A stretch of 64,000 nt of DNA from an uncultured Chroococcidiopsis sp. (GTDB taxonomy: Bacteria > Cyanobacteriota > Cyanobacteriia > Cyanobacteriales > Chroococcidiopsidaceae): NCBI GenBank assembly GCA_964248365.1, contig CAXTYC010000027.1, positions 1 to 64,000 on the forward strand. The letters are read 5' to 3'. Positions 20,930-30,934 of this stretch are shown here, piece after piece (within the stretch, counting starts at the first letter, position 1; the number at the start of each line of letters is the position of its first letter). Under the pieces are notes generated by a model that had not been told where the DNA came from, did not search any database, and worked only from the letters and a program-made list of their open reading frames with translations. The translations under genes and the position numbers were made by a program.

Positions 20930-22618
20930 ATGAAATCTAAAATCATTGTCTGTGGCTTGGATCGTGCTGGTTTAAAAATCTTTTGTTTGCTTAGGCAACA
21001 GGGAGCTGCTGTAGTTGGTGTCAATGATAAACCTGTTCCCGACCAAGAGGATGATATTATTATTGGTGATTTACAGGCAAGTGCTACCTTGCTAGCAGCG
21101 GGAATTGGATCGGCAAAAACTTTGGTGCTGGCTGGATCCGACGAGACACTGAATTTAGCAATTTTGTTGCAAGCGCGGGTACTCAATCCCAAGATTCGCA
21201 TTATCAACCGCTTGTTTAATACTAGTCTGGGCGATCGCCTGGACAAAACTCTAAGCGATCACGTCACTTTAAGCGTTGCTGCTTTAGCAGCTCCTGTCTT
21301 TACCTTTGCAGCTTTGGGAACGAGAGCTATTGGACAACTGCAACTATTTAACCAAACTTGGTCAATTCAAGAAGAACTTATGGATGAAAACCATCCTTGG
21401 CAAGGGCGTGCGTTAAATGAATTGTGGAACGATCGCACTCGAATGCTAATTTACTATCTACCAGGGCAAGGAAAGGTAGATTTAGTTTCGGCTGTAGTAT
21501 ACGGACAATATTTACAACCAGGCGATCGCCTAATTATTGCTACTAAACCTCAGTTGCACACGATTCACAAATCTATAATTCGTAAACTGCTCAAGGTAGT
21601 ATCTAACCTACGCCAATTTCAGCAACACGCTCAATCAATTGTCGTAGTGACGGCAATCCTGCTATTAACGATTTTCATTGTTACTGTTACCTATCTTTGC
21701 GTCAATCTCAACACCTCTATTGTTGATGCTCTCTATTTTTCCGTAGGCATGATTACGGGTGCTGGTGGAAACGAACAAGTGGCAGAACATACCCCCGACA
21801 GCATTAAGTTATTTACAGCAATTATGATGCTAGTTGGGGCGGCAATCGTCGGGATTTTCTACGCACTGCTGAATGATTTTGTTTTAGGCACTCGATTGAA
21901 ACAATTTTGGGATGCAGCCAGAGTTCCCCAGAGCAATCATTATATTGTCTGTGGACTAGGTAGCATTGGAGTACAGATCGTTAATCAACTCCACGCCAAT
22001 GGATATGAGGTTGTAGTAATTGAACCAGATCAGAATAATCGTTTTTTAAACACAATCCGCGCCTTGGGTATTCCTGTAATTCACGGAGATGCTAGCCTAC
22101 CAGTAACCCTGAAAGCTGCTCATATTGACCGAGCATTGGCACTGTTAGCAGTTACTAGTAACGATACAACTAATTTGGAAATCGCACTCAATGGTAAAGG
22201 AATATCACCGGAAGTTCCTGCGATCGTCCGCTATGAAGATCCTCATTTAGCTAAAATGGCGCAGCAGGTGTTTGAATTTGAGGCAGTGCTAAGCCCTGCC
22301 GAACTCGCAGCGCCTGCCTTTGCCGCTGCTGCACTCGGAGAAAAAATTTTGGGGAATGGGATGACGGCGGATAGTCTTTGGGTAGCCTTAGCTACTTTAA
22401 TTACACCAGGACATCCTTTTTGCGGTAGGAGTGTTAAAGAGGCGGCAATGGATACAGACTTTGTGCCGTTGTATATCGAGGCAGCACATCAAACTATTCA
22501 TGGCTGGAATTTACTAGATGTATATCTCCATGAAGGTGATGTTTTGTATTTGACAATACCAGCAGTTGGATTAGAGCAATTATGGCGGGTTGTACCTTCT
22601 TCACTGATGGCAAGCTAA
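20930..22618 (+). CDS. Potassium channel family protein with TrkA/RCK domains
   Basis: Two IVCGL RCK domains, pore-like DALYFSVGMITGAGG and TM helices. Confidence 0.88.
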   Translation: MKSKIIVCGLDRAGLKIFCLLRQQGAAVVGVNDKPVPDQEDDIIIGDLQASATLLAAGIGSAKTLVLAGSDETLNLAILLQARVLNPKIRIINRLFNTSLGDRLDKTLSDHVTLSVAALAAPVFTFAALGTRAIGQLQLFNQTWSIQEELMDENHPWQGRALNELWNDRTRMLIYYLPGQGKVDLVSAVVYGQYLQPGDRLIIATKPQLHTIHKSIIRKLLKVVSNLRQFQQHAQSIVVVTAILLLTIFIVTVTYLCVNLNTSIVDALYFSVGMITGAGGNEQVAEHTPDSIKLFTAIMMLVGAAIVGIFYALLNDFVLGTRLKQFWDAARVPQSNHYIVCGLGSIGVQIVNQLHANGYEVVVIEPDQNNRFLNTIRALGIPVIHGDASLPVTLKAAHIDRALALLAVTSNDTTNLEIALNGKGISPEVPAIVRYEDPHLAKMAQQVFEFEAVLSPAELAAPAFAAAALGEKILGNGMTADSLWVALATLITPGHPFCGRSVKEAAMDTDFVPLYIEAAHQTIHGWNLLDVYLHEGDVLYLTIPAVGLEQLWRVVPSSLMAS

Positions 22619-22626
22619 AACTAGTC

Positions 22627-22720
22627 TGCCACCCATGCCCACCATCAATATATTTGGTGGTGGGCATGGGTGGCATATCATCTTTGAATTTGTATGATAG
22701 TGGTGGGCATGGGTGGCATA
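22627..22720. repeat. REP-like palindromic repeat cluster between convergent genes
   Basis: TGCCACCCATGCCCACCA and its inverse; related copies near 39107-39157 and 50538-50560. Confidence 0.75.
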
Positions 22721-23605
22721 TCATCTTCTTGATTTAGTCCCTTCCATCCACTCGATACCTTGCAATAGCTGCTGATGCATGGTCTTTGAATCTGCGTGGT
22801 AACGCCGCCCATGACCTGGTAGTACCCACTCAAACGAGTAGTTAGCTAGTTTGCGCGTTGATTTGATTAATTCAGACCAAGAATACCAGCACACGTCAGG
22901 AAAACCTGCTAATTGATTATCTTCATCGTCCCAAGCGAGATGATCTCCTGTGAATAGAAACTTATTTCTGTAGAGCAAAACTGTGTGACCTTTAGTGTGA
23001 CCTGGAACTGGGATAATTAATAAATCCGGTTCAAGTTGATAGGGTTCTAAGCCTGTTAATTTGATTTCTACATTGCGAGTACCACTAGAAATTTCATCAA
23101 TGTGGAGAATGCGATCGCACCCAAAATGCTCAGCATATTTTTGATGATCTGCTACATCATCTCTATGGGTTAAATAAAGATAACGAATTCCGCCCATCTC
23201 CTCTATTCTCTTAACTAAAGGTGGAGTAAAGCGAGGAGAATCAACTAAAACATTGCCTTCTGGTCGTACAATTAAGTAGCTAGCAGCACCGTAGGAATTT
23301 TCTGCATGATAGCCGCAGTGGTAAACATTTTCGTCTACCAAAATCGGAAAACTTTCTTGAGCAGATTTGATATCTTTTGGCTTTTCTAGTGTACCAATAG
23401 AAGCCGTTGGACAAGCCAGTAGTGCTTGGAGCGATCGCAATCTTTCTGTTTCATTTTGTGGCTGATGATAAACCACCGACTGTTCATCAACACGACTGAA
23501 TACTTCTGGTGTCATCCAGCGGCAAGTATCACAATCAATACAGGTAGTATCGACATAAAAATTGCCACTAACATTTTCCGAGCGACGCAAATTTAACTTA
23601 GCCAT
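22721..23605 (-). CDS. MBL-fold metallo-hydrolase with N-terminal ferredoxin-like domain
   Basis: CIDCDTC...CP, THRDDVADH, PGHTKGH, FTGDH and LPGHG motifs. Confidence 0.9.
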   Translation of the reverse strand: MAKLNLRRSENVSGNFYVDTTCIDCDTCRWMTPEVFSRVDEQSVVYHQPQNETERLRSLQALLACPTASIGTLEKPKDIKSAQESFPILVDENVYHCGYHAENSYGAASYLIVRPEGNVLVDSPRFTPPLVKRIEEMGGIRYLYLTHRDDVADHQKYAEHFGCDRILHIDEISSGTRNVEIKLTGLEPYQLEPDLLIIPVPGHTKGHTVLLYRNKFLFTGDHLAWDDEDNQLAGFPDVCWYSWSELIKSTRKLANYSFEWVLPGHGRRYHADSKTMHQQLLQGIEWMEGTKSRR

Positions 23606-23706
23606 ATTAAACTCCTTTCCACCCAGCCCCAGCTAGGTGCAAAAAATCTTATATTTCTACGCTAGCGCAGTTAATATTAATTAATTTTCTTGACTAAATT
23701 GCTTGC

Positions 23707-24603
23707 TTATGATAATAAATGAAGCGCTTTGATTAAACCATGACAGACACCAGTCAGAAAGTCTAGATCGAGGGTTTCAATGCGATCGCTTGCCTTATGG
23801 TAATGGGGATTTCGCAAAAAAGCTGTATCCGTCACCATAATCGCCCAATAACCACGATCCCAAAATGGTGAATGATCGCTCAGTCGTGTTGAGGGCACAA
23901 TCATACCTCTATTTGGGACTGGTAGCCACTCGCTAGCTACTCCTACTTTACGAATATTGCGGCTAAGACTAATTAAGTCTGGAATTGTGGATAAATTGCC
24001 AATCAAAGCAATAAAATCGCCTCGATTGGGGTAAAAACGTTCTAATGGGGATGGATAGCGTTGTGAACCAGGGGTAGAGTCAGAATATCCCAACATTTCT
24101 AGAGATATCATCAAGCGTAGCGGCTGCTGTTGTTGTCGTAAAAGAGTTGCATACGCAGCACTACCCAGCATTCCATATTCTTCCAGATCAAAGGCAACTA
24201 ATCTCAGTGGGTATTTTGCTGGTTTAGATGCGAATATTCTTGCTAATTCCAGTAATGCTGCTACACCAGTAGCATTATCATCTGCGCCTGGTGTTCCTGG
24301 GGCTGCATCATAATGAGCGCCAATTAAAATAGGTGACGATTCCCCCTTTCCTTCCTGATTAAGGGAGGGAAGATTCAGAATTAAGTTTTGATAGGTTTTT
24401 CCTCCTACCTCAAATTCATGGGTTTCTACATTTCCCCATTGTGATAGCTGTTGCTGAATATATTGTTTGACAAAGAAATGTCCCCCTGTAGATAAGTAGG
24501 GGTCGCGATCGCGTACTATTTGCCTCAGATGATTGTGTAAGCGTTGTTTAAGATCCAAGGTGTGGTTCTTTTTGACGAGTACTAATTCAATGCTAGATGA
24601 CAT
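23707..24603 (-). CDS. M28 family peptidase
   Basis: IGAHYD, GADDNATG, DLEE, SDH and PHYH motifs. Confidence 0.9.
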   Translation of the reverse strand: MSSSIELVLVKKNHTLDLKQRLHNHLRQIVRDRDPYLSTGGHFFVKQYIQQQLSQWGNVETHEFEVGGKTYQNLILNLPSLNQEGKGESSPILIGAHYDAAPGTPGADDNATGVAALLELARIFASKPAKYPLRLVAFDLEEYGMLGSAAYATLLRQQQQPLRLMISLEMLGYSDSTPGSQRYPSPLERFYPNRGDFIALIGNLSTIPDLISLSRNIRKVGVASEWLPVPNRGMIVPSTRLSDHSPFWDRGYWAIMVTDTAFLRNPHYHKASDRIETLDLDFLTGVCHGLIKALHLLS

Positions 24604-25040
24604 TCACGTTACAAGTACTATAGCAATCCTGTTTGAGCTAAGAGCATCACCAGCATTTTCTCAAACAGGACGAATACCTTTTTTTGATGATAATCTGTTC
24701 TGGTTTTGGTTCTTAGGACAGCACAGCGGTCTTTTACCAAATGTTTTAGAACATCCACTATCTTCAGTGGGATTGTTCTTACCAATTATTTTACGCTATC
24801 CTTGCCCTTTAACCTTTAACATGAGTGCCGCCATGAGACCTCCTGCACACAAGACAAGAGGTTAATATAATAATTTTTCTTTCTTCTTCCTTTAGATGCT
24901 AAATTATCCTTCGTTCTTCTTAGCGGCTTTGCACGATTCTCCCCATTTAATTGTTTATTAAGAAATTCCTATAAATAAAAATATTCCCCTATATCAAAAT
25001 AGGGGAAGCGATCACATATCAGTTATGATGATTGCCTGCA

Positions 25041-25142
25041 CTTTTCCGTCGTAAAAATAATGGCAGCCCTGTATTAGGGTTTACTAGTTCCGTGCGAGAG
25101 ATCTTTGAAAGAGGGCTGCATTATTTTTAGAGGTACACCGGA
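25041..25142. mobile_element. 102-bp miniature element, copy 1
   Basis: Flanked by TGCCTGCA/TGCCTACA; same ends and length as 63564-63665. Confidence 0.7.
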
Positions 25143-25158
25143 TGCCTACAAGCTAGGG

Positions 25159-25575
25159 CTAATCTACAAAATCTGTGATAATTTCAGGTTGCTCTGGGTT
25201 ATTTGACATAATTGGACGCTTACCATCTATGTCTAAAGTTTCTTCAAATTGAAAGTTATCAGCACTGACAGGGCGCTGACCATCTATTTCCAGGGTAGCT
25301 TTTACCTGAAGATGACTAGGATCAATTGGACGACTACCAGCTACTTCCAACGTGTCTTCAAACTCAACATTATTAGCAGCAATTGGACGATGACCATCTA
25401 CGTCTAGGTGATTGTGAACTTGAAGATCACTCGAAGCAATTGGGCGTTGACCGTCACTGTTGAAAGTTTCTTCAACTTGCAAGTCACTGGGGTCAACTGG
25501 ACGATGACCATCAATATCAATTGTTTTATGCGGTTGCTGTTTGCTGGCTGATTGCTTAATTTTGTCTTCGCTCAT
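25159..25575 (-). CDS. Hypothetical acidic protein made of 19-aa DGxRP repeats
   Basis: Six (D/A)G.RP(I/V) units with 19-aa periodicity. Confidence 0.8.
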   Translation of the reverse strand: MSEDKIKQSASKQQPHKTIDIDGHRPVDPSDLQVEETFNSDGQRPIASSDLQVHNHLDVDGHRPIAANNVEFEDTLEVAGSRPIDPSHLQVKATLEIDGQRPVSADNFQFEETLDIDGKRPIMSNNPEQPEIITDFVD

Positions 25576-25670
25576 CTTATAACTATTTGTTAGTGGTTCA
25601 ATAATAGATACTCTACCTGGTTACTGCTTAAACACAAATCTCCTATAAATTTTAGTCTTTACTAATTAAT

Positions 25671-25702
25671 AAAAAATCCCCCACCCCAAGGCAGGGGATT
25701 TT
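25671..25702 (-). terminator. Intrinsic terminator of psaAB
   Basis: AAAATCCCC...GGGGATTTT stem followed by a T-run on the minus strand. Confidence 0.7.
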
Positions 25703-25739
25703 CTTTATTTACCTACACTGCAAGATTACGGCAATCTCA

Positions 25740-27956
25740 TTAACCGAACTTACCAGCAGTGGAGGCTATCAGGAAGGCGGCGTAGGTGAGGATATAGCCA
25801 ACCGTGAAGTGAGCTAGACCAGTCAACCAACCTTGAACGATGGACAGAGCGACTGGCTTGTCTTTCCAGCGAACTAGGTTCGCTAGTGGTGTGCGCTCGT
25901 GCGCCCAGACCAGAGTTTCGATCAACTCTTGCCAGTAACCACGCCAAGAGATCAAGAACATGAAACCAGTTGCCCAAACTAGGTGTCCAAATAGGAACAT
26001 CCAGTTCCAGACAGCCAGGTTGTTCATGCCATAGGGGTTATACCCGTTGATCAGCTGAGCAGAGTACAGCCACAGGTAGTCACGCAGCCAGCCCATGAGG
26101 TAAGTAGAGGACTCATTGAACTGAGCCACGTTGCCTTGCCAAATACCTAGATGCTTCCAGTGCCAGTAGAAAGTTACCCAACCAACAGTGTTAAGCGCCC
26201 AGAATATAGACAGGAAGAAGGACTGCTCCCAAGCGGAAGTTTGGCAAGTACCGCCACGACCAGGACCATCGCAGGGGAAGGTGAAACCGAAGTCCTTCTT
26301 ATCCGGCATCAGTTTTGTACCACGAGCATCCAAAGCACCCTTGACACAAATCAGGACGGTAGTGTGTATACCTAGCGCAAATGCGTGGTGTACTAGAAAA
26401 TCTCCAGGACCAATGGTTAAGAACAGTGAGTTAGTACCATTGTTAATCGCATCATACCAATTCGGCAGATAGGGAGCGCCAGCTAAGGAAGCAGCACTAT
26501 CTGGATTGGATAGCAGGGTGTTGAAACCGTACAGCACTTTACCGTGAGAAGCTTGGACGAACTGAGCGAATACTGGCTCAATTAGGATTTGCTTTTCAGG
26601 TGTACCGAAGGCAACTACAACGTCGTTGTGAACGTACAAACCGAGAGTGTGGAAGCCCAAGAACAGCGACACCCAAGATAAGTGGGAGATAATCGCTTCT
26701 TTGTGCCGCAACACGCGGTCAAGCACATTGCCCTTGTTTTGCTCTGGGTCGTAGTCCCGCACCCAGAAAATCGCAGCGTGGGCGAACGCTCCCACCATAA
26801 AGAACACAGCGATGTACTGGTGGTGGGTGTACAGCGATGCCTGGGTTGTGTAGTCCTGCCCCATGAATGCATAGGGAGGCAGAGCGTACATATGCTGCGC
26901 TACCAGGGATAGAGCAGTTCCAAGCGCTGCCAGGTGTATGGACAACTGGAAGTGCAAGGAGTTGTTATAGGTATCGTACAAACCTTGGTGAGGCAGGTTG
27001 AACTGACCTTCGGTTTGAACACCAAAGAAGTTTCTAGCGTTCAGCATTTCTTTGATGCTGTGACCAATACCGAAGTTAGTCCGGTACTGATGCCCCGCGA
27101 TGATGAAGATCACTGCGATCGCTAGGTGGTGGTGCGCCATATCCGTCAGCCACAAAGATTGTGTCTGTGGATGGAAGCCGCCCAAGAAAGTTAGAATTGC
27201 TGTTCCTGAACCTTGAGCTGTACCAAATATATGATTTGGTGTGTCAGGGTTGGCAGCGTAAACGCCCCAGTTACCAGAGAAGAAGGGTTGCAATCCATCT
27301 GGGTGGGGTAGGGTGGTGAGGAAGTTATCCCAACCTACGTGCTGTCCGCGAGATTCGGGGATAGCAACGTGAACTAAGTGACCAGTCCAAGCTAGAGAGC
27401 TAACACCAAACAAACCTGCTAGGTGGTGGTTTAGGCGAGGCTCAGCACTCTTAAACCAGGAGAGGCTGGGGCGGAACTTGGGTTGCAGGTGTAGCCAACC
27501 AGCGAACAAGAATACTGCCGCTAATAGTAGCAGGAACACTGCACCCTGATACAGGTCATTGTTTGTCCGCATTCCAATGGTGTACCACCAGTGGTAAACA
27601 CCAGAGTAAGCGATGTTAACTGGATAATTTGCGCCCCCTTGGCTAAACGCATCTACTGCTGCTTTACCAAAGTGGGGGTCCCAAATCGCATGAGCGATCG
27701 GACGAGTTTGTAAAGGATCTTTAATCCACTGTTCAAAGTTGCCTTGCCAGGCTACGTGGAACAGGAGGCTAGATGTCCACAGGAAGATGATTGCCACTTG
27801 AGCAAAGTGGGTTCCGAAGATCTTTTGGTAAAGATTCTCTTCGGTCATGCCATCGTGGCTTTCAAAGTCGTGAGCTGTAGCAATCCCGTACCATAACCGA
27901 CGTGTTGTCGGGTCCTGGGCTAGGTCTTGGCTAAATCTGGGAAATTTTGTTGCCAT
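25740..27956 (-). CDS. psaB: Photosystem I P700 apoprotein A2
   Basis: [32 protein letters not shown] (FX) and [11 protein letters not shown] motifs. Confidence 0.99.
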   Translation of the reverse strand: MATKFPRFSQDLAQDPTTRRLWYGIATAHDFESHDGMTEENLYQKIFGTHFAQVAIIFLWTSSLLFHVAWQGNFEQWIKDPLQTRPIAHAIWDPHFGKAAVDAFSQGGANYPVNIAYSGVYHWWYTIGMRTNNDLYQGAVFLLLLAAVFLFAGWLHLQPKFRPSLSWFKSAEPRLNHHLAGLFGVSSLAWTGHLVHVAIPESRGQHVGWDNFLTTLPHPDGLQPFFSGNWGVYAANPDTPNHIFGTAQGSGTAILTFLGGFHPQTQSLWLTDMAHHHLAIAVIFIIAGHQYRTNFGIGHSIKEMLNARNFFGVQTEGQFNLPHQGLYDTYNNSLHFQLSIHLAALGTALSLVAQHMYALPPYAFMGQDYTTQASLYTHHQYIAVFFMVGAFAHAAIFWVRDYDPEQNKGNVLDRVLRHKEAIISHLSWVSLFLGFHTLGLYVHNDVVVAFGTPEKQILIEPVFAQFVQASHGKVLYGFNTLLSNPDSAASLAGAPYLPNWYDAINNGTNSLFLTIGPGDFLVHHAFALGIHTTVLICVKGALDARGTKLMPDKKDFGFTFPCDGPGRGGTCQTSAWEQSFFLSIFWALNTVGWVTFYWHWKHLGIWQGNVAQFNESSTYLMGWLRDYLWLYSAQLINGYNPYGMNNLAVWNWMFLFGHLVWATGFMFLISWRGYWQELIETLVWAHERTPLANLVRWKDKPVALSIVQGWLTGLAHFTVGYILTYAAFLIASTAGKFG

Positions 27957-28029
27957 AGGTTTTCGTGAATCCTCTGACCTTTAGCCATCAGCCATCAGCA
28001 TAATAACGCCGATCGCTGATGACTGAGTG

Positions 28030-30288
28030 CTAACCTACTGAAATTATTCGCGCCTCGAAGAACGCCCAAATTGTGACGATCGCTCCGAAGAGGAAATGAG
28101 CTACCCCCACAGCCCGACCTTGAATAATACTCAAAGCGCGAGGCTGAACTGATGGAGCGACTTTTAGCTTATTGTGCGCCCAAACAATAGATTCGATTAG
28201 TTCTTGCCAGTAGCCGCGACCACTGAACAGGAACATCAAGCTAAATGCCCAGACAAAGTGTGCGCCTAAGAATATTAGACCATAAGCTGAGAGTGCTGTC
28301 CCGTAGGACTGAATCACTTGAACAGCTTGCGCCCATTGGAAGTCACGCAACCAACCGTTAATCGTGTTACTACTCATGGCAAAGTTGCCACCAGTGATAT
28401 GCGCTATGTTTCCGTCTGGATCAATGGTTCCCCACACATCCGATTGCATCTTCCAGCTGAAGTGGTAGACCGCAATGGAAATGGTGTTGAACATCCAGAA
28501 CAAGCCCAAGAACACATGATCCCAACCAGATACTTGGCAAGTACCACCCCGTCCTGGACCATCGCAGGGGAAGCGGAAGCCCAAGTTAGCTTTATCTGGA
28601 ACCAAGCGTGAGTTGCGAGCAAACAGGAAGCCCTTCAGCAGAATCAGCGCTGTGACGTGAATTTGGAACGCATGAATATGGTGGATCATGAAGTCCGCCG
28701 TACCCAACGCCATCGGCATCATGGCAATTTTGCCACCCACCGCTACAATTCCACCACCCCAAACGTAGCTAACTGGTTCAAGTTGGTTAGGAGCAGTTGT
28801 ACCTGGAGCCACAGTTTGGATGTTTTGCACAAACTGAGCAAATACAGGTTGCAACTGAATCGCCGTATCCGAGAACATATCCTGGGGGCGACCCAAAGCA
28901 CTCATAGTGTCATTGTGTACATATAATCCGAAGCTGTGGAAGCCCAGGAACATACACACCCAGTTCAGGTGCGAGATAATCGCATCTCGGTGACGCAAAA
29001 CTCGATCTAGCAAGTTGTTTTGGTTTACTACCGGATCGTAGTCGCGCACCAAGAAAATAGAAGCGTGCGCTCCTGCACCCACGATGCAGAACCCGCCAAT
29101 CCACATATGGTGAGTAAATATCGACAGCGCAGTGGGGTAGTCTACTCCAATGTACGGATAGGGAGGCATCGCGTACATATGGTGTGCTACGAGGATGGTA
29201 AGTGAACCCAGCATAGCTAGGTTAACTGCCAACTGAGCGTGCCAGGAAGTCGTCAGGTTTTCGTAGAGTCCCTTATGACCTTCACCTGTGAATGGACCTT
29301 TGTGGTTCTCCAGAATTTCCTTGATGCTATGCCCAATACCCCAGTTTGTGCGGTACTGGTGACCAGCAACCAGGAACACCACCGCCAGTGCTAGGTGATG
29401 ATGTGCTGTATCTGTCAACCACAAACTGCCAGTAACGGGGTTCAATCCACCTTTGAAGGTGAGGAAGTCAGCATACTGACCCCAATTCAAAGTCCAGAAG
29501 GGTGTTAAACCTTGGGCAAAGCTGGGATACAACTCTGCCATCAAGCCAGTGTTCAAAATAAACTCTTGGGGCAAGGGGATATCCTGTGGAGCCACCCCAG
29601 CATCAAGTAGTTTATTAATTGGCAGAGCAACGTGAATTTGATGACCAGCCCACGATAAACATCCCAGACCTAGTAGTCCAGCCAGGTGATGGTTGAGCAT
29701 TGACTCCACATTCTGGAACCATTCCAGTTTGGGAGCGCGCTTGTGATAGTGGAACCAGCCAGCAAATAGCATCAGTGCTGCTGCTACTAAACCGCCAATG
29801 GCAGTGCAGTAAAGCTGGAATGTATTTGTAATCCCAGCTGCCCGCCAAACATGAAATAAACCGGATGTAATCTGGATGCCGTGGAAGCCACCGCCAACAT
29901 CACCGTTTAATATTTCTTGACCAACAATGGGCCAAACGACTTGGGCGCTAGGCTTAATGCCTAACGGATCGACAAGCCAAGCTTCGTAGTTTGAAAAGCG
30001 AGCGCCGTGAAATTCCATCCCGCTTAGCCACAGGAATATCACCGCTAATTGACCGAAGTGGGCGGCGAAGACTTTGCGGGAAACATCTTCTAAGTCACTC
30101 GTATGAGTATCAAAATCATGGGCGAGAGCGTGCAGGTTCCAAATCCAAGTAGTGGTTTTTGGACCTTTAGCTAAAGTGCGGTCAAAGTGTCCCGGTTTAG
30201 CCCACATTTCAAATGAAGTGGGTACTGGGTCTTTATCGACAACGACTCTTGCCTTTTTATCCTCTCGCTCTGGAGGACTAATCGTCAT
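28030..30288 (-). CDS. psaA: Photosystem I P700 apoprotein A1
   Basis: [21 protein letters not shown] and [13 protein letters not shown] motifs. Confidence 0.99.
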   Translation of the reverse strand: MTISPPEREDKKARVVVDKDPVPTSFEMWAKPGHFDRTLAKGPKTTTWIWNLHALAHDFDTHTSDLEDVSRKVFAAHFGQLAVIFLWLSGMEFHGARFSNYEAWLVDPLGIKPSAQVVWPIVGQEILNGDVGGGFHGIQITSGLFHVWRAAGITNTFQLYCTAIGGLVAAALMLFAGWFHYHKRAPKLEWFQNVESMLNHHLAGLLGLGCLSWAGHQIHVALPINKLLDAGVAPQDIPLPQEFILNTGLMAELYPSFAQGLTPFWTLNWGQYADFLTFKGGLNPVTGSLWLTDTAHHHLALAVVFLVAGHQYRTNWGIGHSIKEILENHKGPFTGEGHKGLYENLTTSWHAQLAVNLAMLGSLTILVAHHMYAMPPYPYIGVDYPTALSIFTHHMWIGGFCIVGAGAHASIFLVRDYDPVVNQNNLLDRVLRHRDAIISHLNWVCMFLGFHSFGLYVHNDTMSALGRPQDMFSDTAIQLQPVFAQFVQNIQTVAPGTTAPNQLEPVSYVWGGGIVAVGGKIAMMPMALGTADFMIHHIHAFQIHVTALILLKGFLFARNSRLVPDKANLGFRFPCDGPGRGGTCQVSGWDHVFLGLFWMFNTISIAVYHFSWKMQSDVWGTIDPDGNIAHITGGNFAMSSNTINGWLRDFQWAQAVQVIQSYGTALSAYGLIFLGAHFVWAFSLMFLFSGRGYWQELIESIVWAHNKLKVAPSVQPRALSIIQGRAVGVAHFLFGAIVTIWAFFEARIISVG

Positions 30289-30427
30289 TTAGACTCTCCT
30301 CTCTAGACAAGGAACCAGTAGTGGTTAACACCACAGCTGTCTTCAGGCTCTTATGAGCAAATATATCTACTTCAGATGGTTTCTGGAGCAGACTTAAAGA
30401 CCGCTTGTGGAAACTGCTTTCTGATGA

Positions 30428-30480
30428 ATTATAGAGTGTTCTTTGTCTTGGTATTAGGAGTTTGTTAACAATAATTCAAG
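30428..30480 (-). promoter_or_regulatory. Candidate psaA promoter region
   Basis: Perfect TATAAT on the minus strand at 30428-30433, about 140 nt upstream of the start; weak -35. Confidence 0.4.
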
Positions 30481-30669
30481 ATCGCCAGAGAGCAAGCTAA
30501 TTCTGGTCTTCGTCTTTGAACATCTGGCGAAAAAGTCAAGGGTTCCTTTATATTTTTTACAAAACTAAATAATTTGCAATACTTATGAAACTTGTGCTTT
30601 TTCCAGCATCCGTTTGATAAAATACTGTGTTTTGATTACAAGTAACTACGAAAGTAGGCACGAGGCAAG

Positions 30670-30848
30670 AGAAGTATGAAGTATGAAGTATTTCGTTGGA
30701 AGTATGAAGAAAACCCACGACAGAATATTTAATTCTTTCCCTTTCCCCCTTCATCCTTTACCCTTTAACGAAGCCGGCGGTAACTAAGCGAACAGCCGAG
30801 TCCCTTTTCCCAAAACTGGTAACTGGTAACTGGTAACTGGTAACTGAT
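30670..30848. repeat. STRR heptamer arrays (GAAGTAT, TTCCCCT, CTGGTAA) around a conserved 21-nt core
   Basis: Tandem heptamers; similar arrays near 7913-8030, 18500-18562, 33880-33940, 36355-36442, 37741-37850, 48160-48305, 49321-49495 and 62200-62320. Confidence 0.85.
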
Positions 30849-30934
30849 AGCAGGTGGAATGAAAGCGGCGCTTCCTCCCTAGCCTTTAAGATCTAAATGG
30901 ACATGGCAGCACACGTTAGTAGGAGAATATCTAG

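Noticed and set aside
24533..24865. 110-aa plus-strand ORF
   Set aside because: It overlaps the peptidase start and has no RBS or motif; the minus-strand frame has the stronger signal.
25740..30288. psaAB as a far-red (FaRLiP) cluster or a horizontally acquired block
   Set aside because: No rfpABC, chlF, apc or psb paralogs are adjacent; the higher GC fits highly expressed genes.
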